Below, one piece after another: positions 19,662 to 31,762 of a stretch of 64,000 nucleotides of DNA. The notes beneath the pieces are model-generated. The model saw nothing but the letters and a program-made list of their open reading frames with translations, had not been told where the DNA came from and made no database searches. The stretch's first letter is position 1. Each line of letters opens with the position of its first letter. The position numbers and the translations under genes were made by a program. The stretch comes from Azolla caroliniana (lineage: Eukaryota > Plantae > Polypodiophyta): the NCBI GenBank assembly GCA_043228905.1, contig JBHGNT010000003.1:15934001-15998000 (forward strand). The letters are read 5' to 3'.

Positions 19662-22600
19662 TGCTGAGTGCTTCTTGTTCCGTGGTGGAGTAATTCCTTT
19701 ATGCTGTGGAGAGTTGGCGGCTGGCATAGTAGACTGGGGAATACCGATTTGGTGGTGTTTTCTACATTAAAGCACTACCAATTGCGATATTGGATGTGTC
19801 CACTAATACGTGAAAGGGCTCTGTCCAATCCGTGGGGTTGGACTACTGGGGCTTGGGACAACATGACTTTCAGTGATTGGTATGCCACGTCCTCTCATTC
19901 TGTCCATTGAAAGGGCACCATATGGACTACTACGTGTAAAGGGGTCGCGAAATCAGCAAGGTATTGGAGCATACGACTATGCCACCGTATTTGGCCCAGA
20001 AATTAGCTGAGTTCTTTGGCCGTGGTGGGGGCCGGGGCATTCAAGATGTCTTGCACTTTGTTTGGGTCCATAGCAATACCCTCTTTACTAACAATGTGAC
20101 CTAGTAAAGCTCCGCTTGTCACTTAGAAAGCACATTTGGCCGGATTGAGGCTGAGTTGTGCTTGCCAACATCTCTTGAGGCATAATTGTAATTGCACAAG
20201 ATGTTCCACGTGTTGTCCATAAACCGCGAAATCATCAAGGAAGACTTGCATAAAGGCTAGAATGAAGTCCTCGAAGATTTCGGAGATTATGCGTTGAAAT
20301 GTGGCGGGAGTTGTTTTCAAGCCGAACATCATAACCACGACTACGAATACACCCCACTCTGTTATGAAGGTTGTTTTCTCCTGATCATCCGGGTGCATTC
20401 AAATTTGATTATAGCCATTGAAACCGTCAAGAAAGCTATAGCAATCGTGGTCGGTCACTGTATCGAGGATGTTGTCGGTGAATGGGAGTGGAAAGGCATC
20501 CATGTCCATGATGGCGTTAAGTTTTCAGTAATCCACATAGACCCAGATTTGTCTATTCGTTTTCGGGACGACCACAGTAGGACTTAGCCATGTGGCCCTT
20601 TTTACCGCTTGGATGAATCCTACGCATAGTAATTTATCTATTTCATCTTTTATTTTCACCGCATAGTTGGGATTCATACAGTATCGTCGTTGTTCAATTG
20701 GTCGTGCGTCCGTTTGAAGGTGTATTTGGTGTTGGCAGTAATGAGGATCTAGGCCTTTCATGTTGTTGTAGGACCACGCGAACATGTCCCAATACTCTGG
20801 AAGCAATCTTATTAAGGCCGATCTGTCACTAGTTGCCAGGTCTTTGGCAATTTCTACGCTACGTGGCTCGGAAGGGGAGCTGAGGTTGATGTCTTCTAAG
20901 GTGGAGGATTTTGCACATTGCGATATTGCTAATTCGTGGTCAAGTGTGTCGCGGGCTTGTTGAAGTTCTTTTATTGATGCCAGGTCAGGTTAGTGGGAAA
21001 CTTCGTGATTGATGGCATTGGCTATGTAGGGTTTGATGGCCGAAAGGACGTCGATTTCAAAAAGCGGAACTATCGTAGGGTGCTCAGCCAAGAAAGAGTT
21101 CATCTCGTCATCTGCGAGACCATCTAACATATGGAATCCTTCGGCGTATAATGGGTTGTTGTCAGGAGGAGTCGGGGTCCGTGCTTCCGTAAGAATGTGG
21201 ACTTTGGTTTTCCCGCGCCAAAATGAGATCATGTTATGCTGCCAATGCTACTTGATGTTGGCGGTACACAACCATGGACGTCCAAGCAGGAGGGGGTAAG
21301 CGTCGAGGCCTCTAAGCATAAGATTACAACTGACACGGTAAAAGTGTGTCCTCCCAAGGTAAATTCCAAGTTTCGGATGAGGCCTATCAGGCGTATCGAC
21401 CGTGTATCAACCATTCGTAACCAGAATGGACACAGCTCCCATTGAGTGATGCCGATCTTGTTGCATGTCGCTTCACTAATGACATTGAAACCTGACCCAC
21501 CTTTGATAATGCATCCGAGAACTTTGTGACCTTGTATGATGAGTTGTACGACTGCATTTTGTGAATCCATCAGAGGAGGTCCTAGTGTCGGGGCCGTGAA
21601 GTTTATGGATGGATGCAACGGATCCCGGTTTGTGAGGGAATGGATCGTCTCCTTGAAGCGAGGTAAGAGGTGGAGCAATTTATGTAGTGGCATTAAGATT
21701 TGGGAGTCCGCGAGCGCCTTCCACTCGGGATCGGTATCAGTGTGATCGGTAGAGTTAGGTCGATCTGAGTCTGCGGTTTGTAGTTGGCCATGTTTCCGTT
21801 CATTGGATTCCGCTATGTTGGCTTTCATACGGTCTATGTTGGCGTTATTGGTTGCATCCACCCAGTCCTTAGCCTATTGCCGAACGGATTCTCGATGTCC
21901 CACTGCGATTGCTACGTGGTCTTACTACGTGTGGTCACGTGCTGCACGTCGACCACGATTGTATTTACTGCCGGTGCTTTTCCGCTATTGTTGGTGGGGC
22001 ACTGGTTGGCATAGTGGCCTAGTTGATTGCAATTAAAACAGGTACTGGGGTCCCCGTGCTCGAATTGGGTTTGTGGTAGATTTTGTGGTTGATCTTCCCA
22101 CCCATGTGGGGAATATGCCTGTGGAGGGTTGCCTCGGGCCTCCATTGGGGGGTTGCGCCAGTTATTGTCGCATTGATTATCGCGATGACGATTGTCAAAG
22201 TGCCAGCAGTTGCCAAAATTTCGGAAACCACGATTATTTCGGAAGCCACGATAATTCCGTGGTGCATCGTGGCTGTAATCCCTGCAGCATTGGTTGTGAT
22301 CCTAATAACAATGCAAGTGCTCGTTCGTGTGGTGTGATCTATTGGGGTAGCAAAGGGGCTTGAACAATATTGGTTTTCCTTATTGTAACACGTCGTGTCA
22401 GAGGTACCTCCCGTGTGTAATGTGGTCGGTTTTCTTCCCACGTCCATGTCGCGTCTCTGTTCGGTGGGAGTGGTTGCGCATGAATTGGACGAGGCTCAAT
22501 TTGGTGAACTATGGCCATGTTCGTTCAGTTCAACATGTTATATTCGCACTGCTCTACTGTATGGACCCGTGAATAGCAGATGGGGCAGTCTCGTCGTGAA

Positions 22601-24133
22601 GGACAGTCAAGGGTGGAGTGCCCAGATTTGGCACATACCGTTCATTGTAGCGCTTGCTGGAACTGCATTTCCTCAGTCATTGGTAAGGCAGATTCAAGCG
22701 TGCCCATTGCGAATGAATTGCTATGATGTACGCTATCGAGCACAAGAACGCGGGCAACCACTTGCTCAATGGTTTGTTGTGAAAAATCCATGAGAGCCAA
22801 CGTAGTGCGTAAAGGCTCACGGAGGCCAGCTAGGAACATATCCTTGAGATGGTTTACTGAGACAGCATGTGCCAGTTGGCGGTAGATATCTTGAAATCAG
22901 AGAGCAAACTGGGATACGGTTTCGTTGGGTGCCTGTGCAATTGTGTAAAATTGCCGAAGCAATTCCCGTTTGGGAATCTCTCGGTGGAATAATTCCAGAA
23001 ACTACGTGCGGACGTCCTGGAATGTGGGGAATTCCTCAGGATCGTGCCAGGAATACCATCGAGGAAGAGAGTGAATTCGGCGATTTTGGAGGCGTCGATC
23101 TCCGCGGCAGTGAGCCGTTATGTCGAATTGTTGGCTTGCCATGTGTTGAGAAAGGAGCGGATGTGGGCTTCGGTATCTGGGCCATCTGTGTAGTGTACAT
23201 AGGGGTGATACGGTATTGTATCAAGATCTGGGTTGTCCGGAATGGCCGGGAAAGGGTTGCGCTCCGGTGGAGGTGAGACTTCCAGAGGACTTGGAGGGGT
23301 AGCAATATTAGGACCAATATGTAACTATGAGACTGGGATTATTGGTGGTCAAGATTGGGTTTTCGTATTGACTAATGGCGAGGCTCACGATTCGGGGGAC
23401 GAATGTTGTGTGTGTACGGAATTGGTCGTCTCCTCGGCAGGCTCTGTGCGGCGAGACGGTGGCCGAGAGCGAGTACTTTTGTTGGGTGCCGTATTGGCGG
23501 TTGGGATTACCCACACGTGAGTTCGCTGTGCTACACAGTGTTGTCGTGAAGATTCCAGGCCAAAAGCATAGGAATGTGGGTGTGCACAAGTGCACCCCCT
23601 TTTGTACTAACTTGTGTAAGTACTAGGTGTTGGTAGGTTTTCTGGATTACTAGGAAGTTAGGCACCTTTAGGGGATTTAATGTCGCGTGGGTAGGGGCGC
23701 GGAAAGAAATGACAGAATATCAAGAGGGGGGGGGGGGGGGGGGGGGGGTGTAACGGATGCACCTTGTGCTATAAAAGGTGGGGCCTCAAACCGGTGTTGG
23801 GGGTGTTTCCCGGCTCTAACCGGTTGTATCCCCTGTGCTTCACGCGCGCATCCTAACTACCAGTGATAACATATTTCGTTGTTTCCGTTGCCTTTCTATT
23901 GTGTCGTTCTTGTGTTGCCATTCTCTCGTACTACATTGAGTCTGACACCTACGACCACCTCCTTCCTACTCCTCTTTGTTGGTTCGCCGTGTTTGTGTGT
24001 ATACGACATATGGGCCCCTTCCTCTTTTCTCAATTCCTTGGTTCAAGACCCTCGTGGTCCTGCCCCGTTTCCATGTGGAATACCGTGACATCATTAGTGA
24101 ACTCGACGTGAAGGGCGACAAAGGAATCCCAAG

Positions 24134-27100
24134 ATGAGAGGGAGCAAACTCACTGAAGCAATGGTAGTGGTTGTAGACCGCCTGGTTAGCGCTCGTGAGG
24201 GCACGAGTGCCCTTGACAAGGCCATAGAGGCAATGATCGACAAGATAGGCCGGTTCGGAGGGAAAGATGCCATGAGTTACTTGGAGGCCTACACGTCCAA
24301 GATGCAGATGAGGAACATTCCGGAGGATAGACGTCTAACCGGGTTTCCTCAGGTCATGACGCCGAGCACCCATGTGGAAGTGCTCAAAGTACAAGCGGGC
24401 TGCCCAGATTGGGCGGACTTCACGGAGTGGATTCTCGAACGGTACAACTTCGATGACTCGCTCCAGATGACGAATAATGCTTTCATGGATTGGGTTGATA
24501 GCCCTGGCAAAAGTCGGAACACATCGGCGCTCCTTCAAGAGTTTGAGTCGCAGTTCGCACAGCTCTCCACACTGGACCAAACCGTGCTTGACACGAGCAA
24601 GGTCCTGCTCTTTGTTAAGTCGTTCGACTTGCTCGACCGCAGTAATGTGTGTCTTCTTTTAGAGAAGAACGACAGACTCACGATCGACTGGGCCATGGTC
24701 AAAGGGGTGTCTAGCCGGATTGACAAGCATAGAGACTGGAAAGAAAGGGGGTCCTCGACAGTCGGACCGACTGTCGAAACGAGGGCCGAGCTAGCGCCAA
24801 CCTAAACAGAAGAAACGAGAAGGTGGCTCAAGTTAGGCCCAACCCCGACCAACGTAATCGCTAGACCTTCCGGAGGCGCGGCTCTAGAAGAGCTGACAAA
24901 AATGGTGTGTGATCGCCTGATCGCTCAAGCCCGAAGGGACGACGAAGGTTGGCCCTGTGAAGGGAGGCCACCGGCCAACCAGAGGTGCATATGGTGTGAT
25001 GCCCTCGACCATGCCTGTAGAGATTGTGCCAACTTCGGTGAAGCAGTCAGGAGCAATGTGGTGTACATTTGGAATGGCAGGGTGCACGCGAGCGACACAC
25101 GGAGAATGCTCAAACTAAACCCCGGATGAGGCAACATGAAGAGGTTGATGGAGGAAGTCGTGGTGCGGCACGTCGAGGCCATCCACTACTCGACCTCTGC
25201 CAGCATTCGCGTAGGTGGAAAGGTGGTTAATGCGGATACAAGCCCCGGGTTTTGGCCAGTGGTACTTGAAACCTTCTCCGAAAGGAGGTTGAAGAAGGAA
25301 GAAGCCGACCGCGTGGAAAAACGAATACGCGATGTCACTGGATGGGGCGACCAAGTTGAGGAAAATGTCGGCTTTGTGGAAGCCACATGCTAGAACTACG
25401 AGGTCCTGGTCGATGATAAGTAGGACGGAAAAAACGAAGGAGCGGGCCCTTCGGAGAGGTATGACACCCAGAGCGAACTCGTTCAAGAGAAGGCCAAGGT
25501 CTTGAGCTTCCAGTTAAGCTCAAAAATCGAGAAAACAATGTATCTGCGAAAGGTCCTGGAGGAGTAAGTCCTCAATAGTCGCGTAGAACTCACACTAAGA
25601 GAAGTGCTAGGCATAGCAAGGAGAGAGTTCCATGACAGAATCGTGGATCTCATAAAAAGGAAGCGTCTCCCGACGGAGCTGGAACCAAAGAATCTGGTTG
25701 AGGTAAGGGCGGCGTTGTTTGACGAAGTGGCCACGGAGGATGAGCTTGCGGAAAGCCACTATGCAAGGCCGCACTGGGCAAGAGCAACGACGGAAACCCT
25801 GGCTCATATCGGGGATGTGAAGGAACCGATGGTAGCGTTGATCGACCACGGGTCGGAAATTAACCTAATGTCCATGGACTTCTACAAGAAGGGGAAATGG
25901 CCGATCAACACCAAGCATGGGTGGAAGATTCACGCGGCTACGAAGGCCACAGAAGAGTTGCGCGGGGCATGTCCGAATGTCAGAGTAAGTTTCAGGAATG
26001 TCGAGATAGAACAACACTTTTTTGTGCAAGAGATGTCTTCCCATCCCGTCATCCTCGACGAGCCATACATCGCGTCAGCTCGAATGAAGACCAAAGTACT
26101 AGACAATGGTTTGTCCTACGCAAGGGTAAAGAGTCAGGATGGTTGTCATTCCGTCCAGTTTTTGACAGTGTGGTAGAATCATGAGCGTAATTGGAACACC
26201 CTCAGCAATAGTGGCTGAGAGGATTTTTAGAAAGGACTATCAGGGCGTGGGGCCGTGGTACTCCAGAAAATTGGAACAAACCCCACACTTGTACAATAGG
26301 TAGGAAAGTTTTGTTCTCCAATAACGGAGGTTGTACCATAACCGACATTAGTGGTCGAGAAACGAAACGAGCCGAGGCGCGCTTGAAGGCGTGCGGAGCC
26401 TTGGGCCACGACAAGGGGATCGATGATGTCGTGGAGGCAGTCTCATTCGATGAAACCCTTGGAGAAATCGAGAGGGTAGTCGAAGAAGCCTAAGTGAAGA
26501 CCAGGTCATACCGGTTAACTCAGTCGAGATGTACAAAGTCATTGCGGACTTCAAAGGGGAAATCGGGGTGCACTGGACCGCCCGCCTGGACACCAAATAC
26601 AAGACTGTGGACCAGAAGGTGAAGCCAATCATGGCTTCGTTGTCGGAGGGCAGCTAGGAACAAATGAAGAGGGTCGCTTCTGACCCAAGCTTGCAGGACC
26701 CGGCCGGGATAGGGCACCGATTCACTGACAAGACGCTACGGGAGCTCAAGATCGGTGAGGGAGGCTTTCTACTACCCGCGGAGGAGGACCGATTTCGGAG
26801 GATGCTTGGGAGGCCTTCACATTCTCGCCGGAGGAGATTGGGTGCGTGGACCCGACGATTGTAGAGCCAATGGTTATGTTCACAGTATCGCATGTGCCAT
26901 GGAACCTCAAGCCAATTCTGGTACACTGAGCTCAAATCCCAAAGTTGATGGAGCTGTTGAAACAAAAGATCGTGTTGGGCATTCTCGAGCCGTCGAGTGC
27001 CCCATATTCGAATCGGTGGTTCACGGTGCCAAAGAAGAACGACATGTTACGCTTCATTTAGGACTTGCAGCCGGTCAATAAGATGACCATTTGCATTACA

Positions 27101-29676
27101 GGAGTCGGACCGTTGATTGATGAGTTTGCGGAAGCCTTCACTAGGAGGTCCATATACTCAGTCTGAGACCTATACTCAGAGTACGATCAATTCCAACTAG
27201 TTGTCGAAAGCAAGGACATCATGACGATGCAAACCCCTCTCGGCCTAGTTCGGATGTGTACCCTACCGCAAAGAGGGACCAACTCCGTGGAAAACATGGT
27301 GAATGTGATGAACAAAGTACTGAGGGACTGCATCCCGGACATCACCATGTCGTTCTTGGACGACATCCCGATCAAGGGATGTCCGGTGGAAGATAAGGAT
27401 AAATCAGTTGGGCCAGACGGATGCCAGAGTTTCGTGGAGGTCCACATCGACGACTGCGAGAAGGTGCTATGGAGGCTTGAGAGTGAGCGGCTCACCTTCT
27501 CCGGAGAGAAGTCGGCTTTTGGGCAATCCAAAATCTTAGTGGTCAGCCACCTGTGTGGACCGTATGGTCGAAGGTCGTCCCCAAAAAAGATAGAGGCCAT
27601 CTTGGTAATGAAAGAAGTGTGCAGATTCGTCACGGAGGTCTAACGCTTCTTGAGAGCATGCGCCTTCTACCACATCTGGATACCACACTACGCGCATGTC
27701 GCCAAGCCACTCTACGGCTTGCTGAAGAAAGGCAGGAATTTCGAATGGGCTGAAGAGCACACGGAGGCGATTCGGAAACTAAAATAAAATCTTACAACTG
27801 CACCAGCTTTACTGAGAGTTGTGTACAAACCGGACACTCCGGTTTACATCATGGTAGACACCAGCCCGACCGGAATCGGATGGGCCGTAAATCAGGAAGA
27901 TGAGACCGGCACGCGTTTCCTCATCCGGTTCGGCGCCAAGGTATTGAGGAAGAGACAACCAGGATACGCCCAGGTCAAGTGCAAACTATGAGGTATCGTT
28001 TCGGCAGTTAAGGTCGACAAGGACTACTTAATCGGGACAGAAGTGATTGTAGAAATGGACTGCCTACCGATCCTCGGTATGCTTTCCGGATGCGCAACTC
28101 TTGACCTGGCCATGCTTAGATGGATTGCGTACATCAAGTCCCTAAACCCGGAAATACGGCACATTTCGGGAAAAGACAACGCCATGGCCGATATGCTTTC
28201 CAGAGCAAGGTTTGAGAACAAGGACGACATGGTGTCGGAAGACGAAGAGGTCGGCGGGAACTTCTTCAAATCAGCACGGATGAAGGTAAATAAGAGAAGC
28301 ACTCCACCCCTGAACGAGTTCGACGAGGATGACTCGATGGGGAGTGGCTTCTAATTGGAAGGTTCCTAAGAAGGATGATGGTAGACACATCATGGACAAG
28401 GGAGGAAGTGAGTCGACCCTGGAAGAGGGCGTACAAGTACTTCCTACGAAACGGAAAAATTTGGAGGCATCCGAAGAAGAGCAACGACGCGCCACTTCGG
28501 GTAGTAACACATACCAAGGATCAAGCGAAGCTAATATTGGAGTTCCACGATTCGGGGTACATGGGCCACGTTCGAGAACCTAAAGGATAAGTATCGGGGT
28601 ACATGGGCCACGTTCGAGAACCTAAAGGATAAGTATTGGTGTCCGGGAATGTATAAAGCCGTACACCACTTCGTGTCAACATGCGAGAGCTCCAGATGCA
28701 CTCATTGGTTCGACACCGCGACGAGTGGCACCCGACTTACCCGCCGGCCATAAACTTCAAGTGGATGGTCGACTTGGTGACGATGCCGATGGGAGTAGGA
28801 TAGATGCGATACCTGCTGCTAGCAAGGGAAGATCTGACAAACTAGGTTCAGGGCCGAGCGTTGACAAACAAGACCACCACGGTCATCTGCAAGTTTCTGA
28901 TTGAAGATGTCGTCTGCCGGTATAGGTGCGTAGGAAAGATTGTGGCCGATCGAGGACAGCTGGATGCGGAGGAGGCCAAGGAACTATTTCACCGACTAGG
29001 GGTGAAGTTGACCCTCACAACGGCATACAACCTAGAAGCAAACGAGAAGGTCGAGTGGGGTCATGGACCGATCGTAAAGGCCATTGTACGCGCATGCGAA
29101 GGACGAGTTGACAACTGGCCGAGACTGCTCCCTTACACGCAATGGGCGGACCAGACTACCGATAGTTTGGTGACCGGGTACATGCCTGCGGAGCTCATCT
29201 TTAGGCAAAAACCCATCATGCCGGTGGAACGAACAATTACCTCCTGGATGGCGGTCAATTGGGCCGATGAAATGAGCCAAGAAGAATTGTTGGCGGCACA
29301 CATCCGACAAATCGAGCAAAGGCTGGAAGATGTGGAAGGGGAGACAACGAGGGTAAAAGAGGCACGAAGGAGAAACAAGGCTAGGTTTGACAGGACGCAC
29401 TGACTCTGGCCAAAGAAGATCGAGGAAGGCGACTCGGTGCTGGTCTACGACATTAGTCTCGACAACCAACATTGGTCTACACGTAAGTTCGCAAAACGGC
29501 GGTTCGGGTTGTACGTGGTGACTTGCGCAAGAGACAACGCGACATACCATCTTGGAAAGCTCGACGAAACCTGGATGACGACACCGGTAGAAAGGAAGCG
29601 GATAAAGGCCATCAAAAGGCGGAACGAAGCAGAACCGGACCTAACAATGGGAATCGAAGGCGACAATTCGGACTGA
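24134..29676 (+). pseudogene. Element B gag-pro / pol, disrupted
   Basis: GRFGGKD, CIWCDALDHACRDC, RPHWARATTET, LIDHGSEINLMS, FLDDIPIKG, WIAYIKSLNPEIRHI; 42-bp tandem duplication at ~28552-28635. Confidence 0.88.
26221..26286 (+). promoter_or_regulatory. Putative -1 ribosomal frameshift signal in element B
   Basis: G GAT TTT TAG in the protease frame; 6-nt spacer; stem ggactatca/tggtactcc; gtgggg pairing with ccccac; -1 frame open to 26490. Confidence 0.75.
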
Positions 29677-31762
29677 GAGGACAAGTAACGGCTATCCATG
29701 GAATCCTCTACTAAACTCACTATGTGGCACATACGAGACGATGTGCAGTTTGGTGGGGGTGGATGTCATGAAGATTCCAAGCCATCGGGGGAAACGTTGC
29801 CAAAAGCATGGGAATGGGGGTGTGCACATGTGCACCCCCTTTTGTACTAACTTGTGTAAGTACTAAGTGTCGGTAGGTTTTGTACATTACTAGGAAGTTA
29901 GGCACCTTTAGGGGATTTAATGCCGCGTGGGTAGGGGCGTGGAAAGAGAGGATACAATATCGGAGGGGGGGGGGAGTCATTAAACGGGGTATAACGGTTA
30001 CTACTTGTGCTATAAAAGGGGGGGCCTCAGACCGGTGTTGGGGGTGTTGTCCGCCCCACTCCCCCCCCCCTCCGATATTAAATAGGGAGAAGAAGCAAAG
30101 GACATTGTCAAATAGGGGGAAGGAGCTCGCTCATCCATTCTCTGCGAGACCTCTACGAGCAATCTCTAGAAGCAACCCTCGGCTCGTGTCATACGCCCGC
30201 ACGCTCCCAGCCAGAGGTCCTCTTTTTGGTGTTTTTGTTCTAGAACTCGAAGCTCTATTCCCGGCTGTGACCAATTGTATCCCTTGCGCTTTACGCCCGC
30301 GTCCTAACTACCAGTGATAACATATTTCTTTGTTCTTGTGTTGCCATTATCTCATACTACATTGATTCTGACACCTACGACCACATCCTTCCTACTCCTC
30401 TTTGTCGGTTCGCGGTGTTTGTGTGTACGCGACGCACGAGCCCTTTCCTCTTTTCTTGATTCCTTAGTTCAAGACCCCCGTGGTCCTGCCCCGTTTCCAC
30501 GCATCCGCGTGGAATACTGTGACAGCGTGAACTAGGTGTGCCAAATTGTGTTGCCTTCCTCTCCGGAGGCGACACCTTCAATTCCTAACCAAAATCGGAC
30601 CCTACAGATTATGTAAGAGGATACCTTTGATTATGCATACACAATAGGGAGAGATAGGTTACTTAACAATTATTGAAAGTGAACACTGACACAAAATAGA
30701 CCCAACACTATTTAGATTACGGAAATGAGTAGTGATTACAGTTACATGGCTATCTACCGGAATGTATTAGATACACTGTAGTAGGATTAATTGCGTAGTA
30801 CCCTAAGACTTCTCTCCTATCAGTCTCTCTCTGTTCCTTCGATTTGTTTCTCCTTATATAGATGTTCGTCAACGCGCTCCTCCTTCCACGTTTTCGGCTA
30901 TGTTTATTTTGGCTGCTTTTGATTGCTTTCGGTTGTTTACCTATTGCTACCTAATTCCTATTACGATTCTCATAGTTTACAATTTTGACCGACGAACACC
31001 GGGTCATTTGAAACAGGTAATATGTCGTATTCTCTTTTGCCATAGTTAGTGAGATGCAGAAAAGTACCCTAATTTAGCATGATTTCGAAAATGTACAATG
31101 CATGCGTACCTATTTTGCGAATGCATGGTGAAATATAGAACCAAATAAAATCCAAGTATTTGGTGAATTGTATACGTCTTGTTTTCGTGTCAATTTGTAT
31201 ATCTTGGAGTACAATTGAATACTAGGTTGAATATTAAACATCTTTATTTGGTATCCATATTCAAATTGTAGAGTAAAACTACATAAACCCTAAATGTTAA
31301 TATGTGGTTTAGGGTTGAGGAAAAAAGTAGTCCCCCACTTGTTGGACGGGTATATCGATAGTTTCGTTGTATAATGTCATATAATCCATCACAATGTAAT
31401 TGGTAAGAGAAACAATTATGTACCACGTTCATTTATACTATTTGAAACCAACAGACTTGGAACGTAGCAAACTGAAGACCATTTATTATCAAGAACATTC
31501 ACAAGTTCATGTATGTAATCATGCTAGGAGAAATGAGAAAGTATAATATCATGTTAATACCCCAAACTGGAGAAGATCATGGTGACCAATCATATGTATA
31601 TACAAATTACAATTCAAAAAATGATTAAAAAGTGAAATTATGAACTAGTGAATAAAATTAAACAGTAAACGATTACTTTTGTTCTCATATACAAAAACAA
31701 TATCAAGTTAAGGTATACATTATGCCTCAAAAATCCTCAAAGTATACATTATGCCATCTAAA

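Larger units (their letters stand above)
23542..30524 (+). mobile_element. Element B: full-length decayed gypsy of the same family as A
   Basis: LTRs 23542-24090 and 29764-30524 (TGTC..GACA); PBS-Trp 24095-24112; PPT 29747-29763; 4-bp flanks GTGT/GCGT; gag-PR-RT-RH-INT fragments with many stops. Confidence 0.92.
19662..30981 (-). mobile_element. Element F: decayed, 3'-truncated Athila-like gypsy related to C; interrupted by B; putative 5' LTR 30612-30981
   Basis: Gag/PR/RT fragments homologous to C (MFLAGLREPLR, CFNCNQLGHYANQC, CPFWLRM, FLDDFAVY, RNYSTTE); TGTAA...TTACA ~370-bp LTR-like segment; LTR limits uncertain. Confidence 0.75.
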
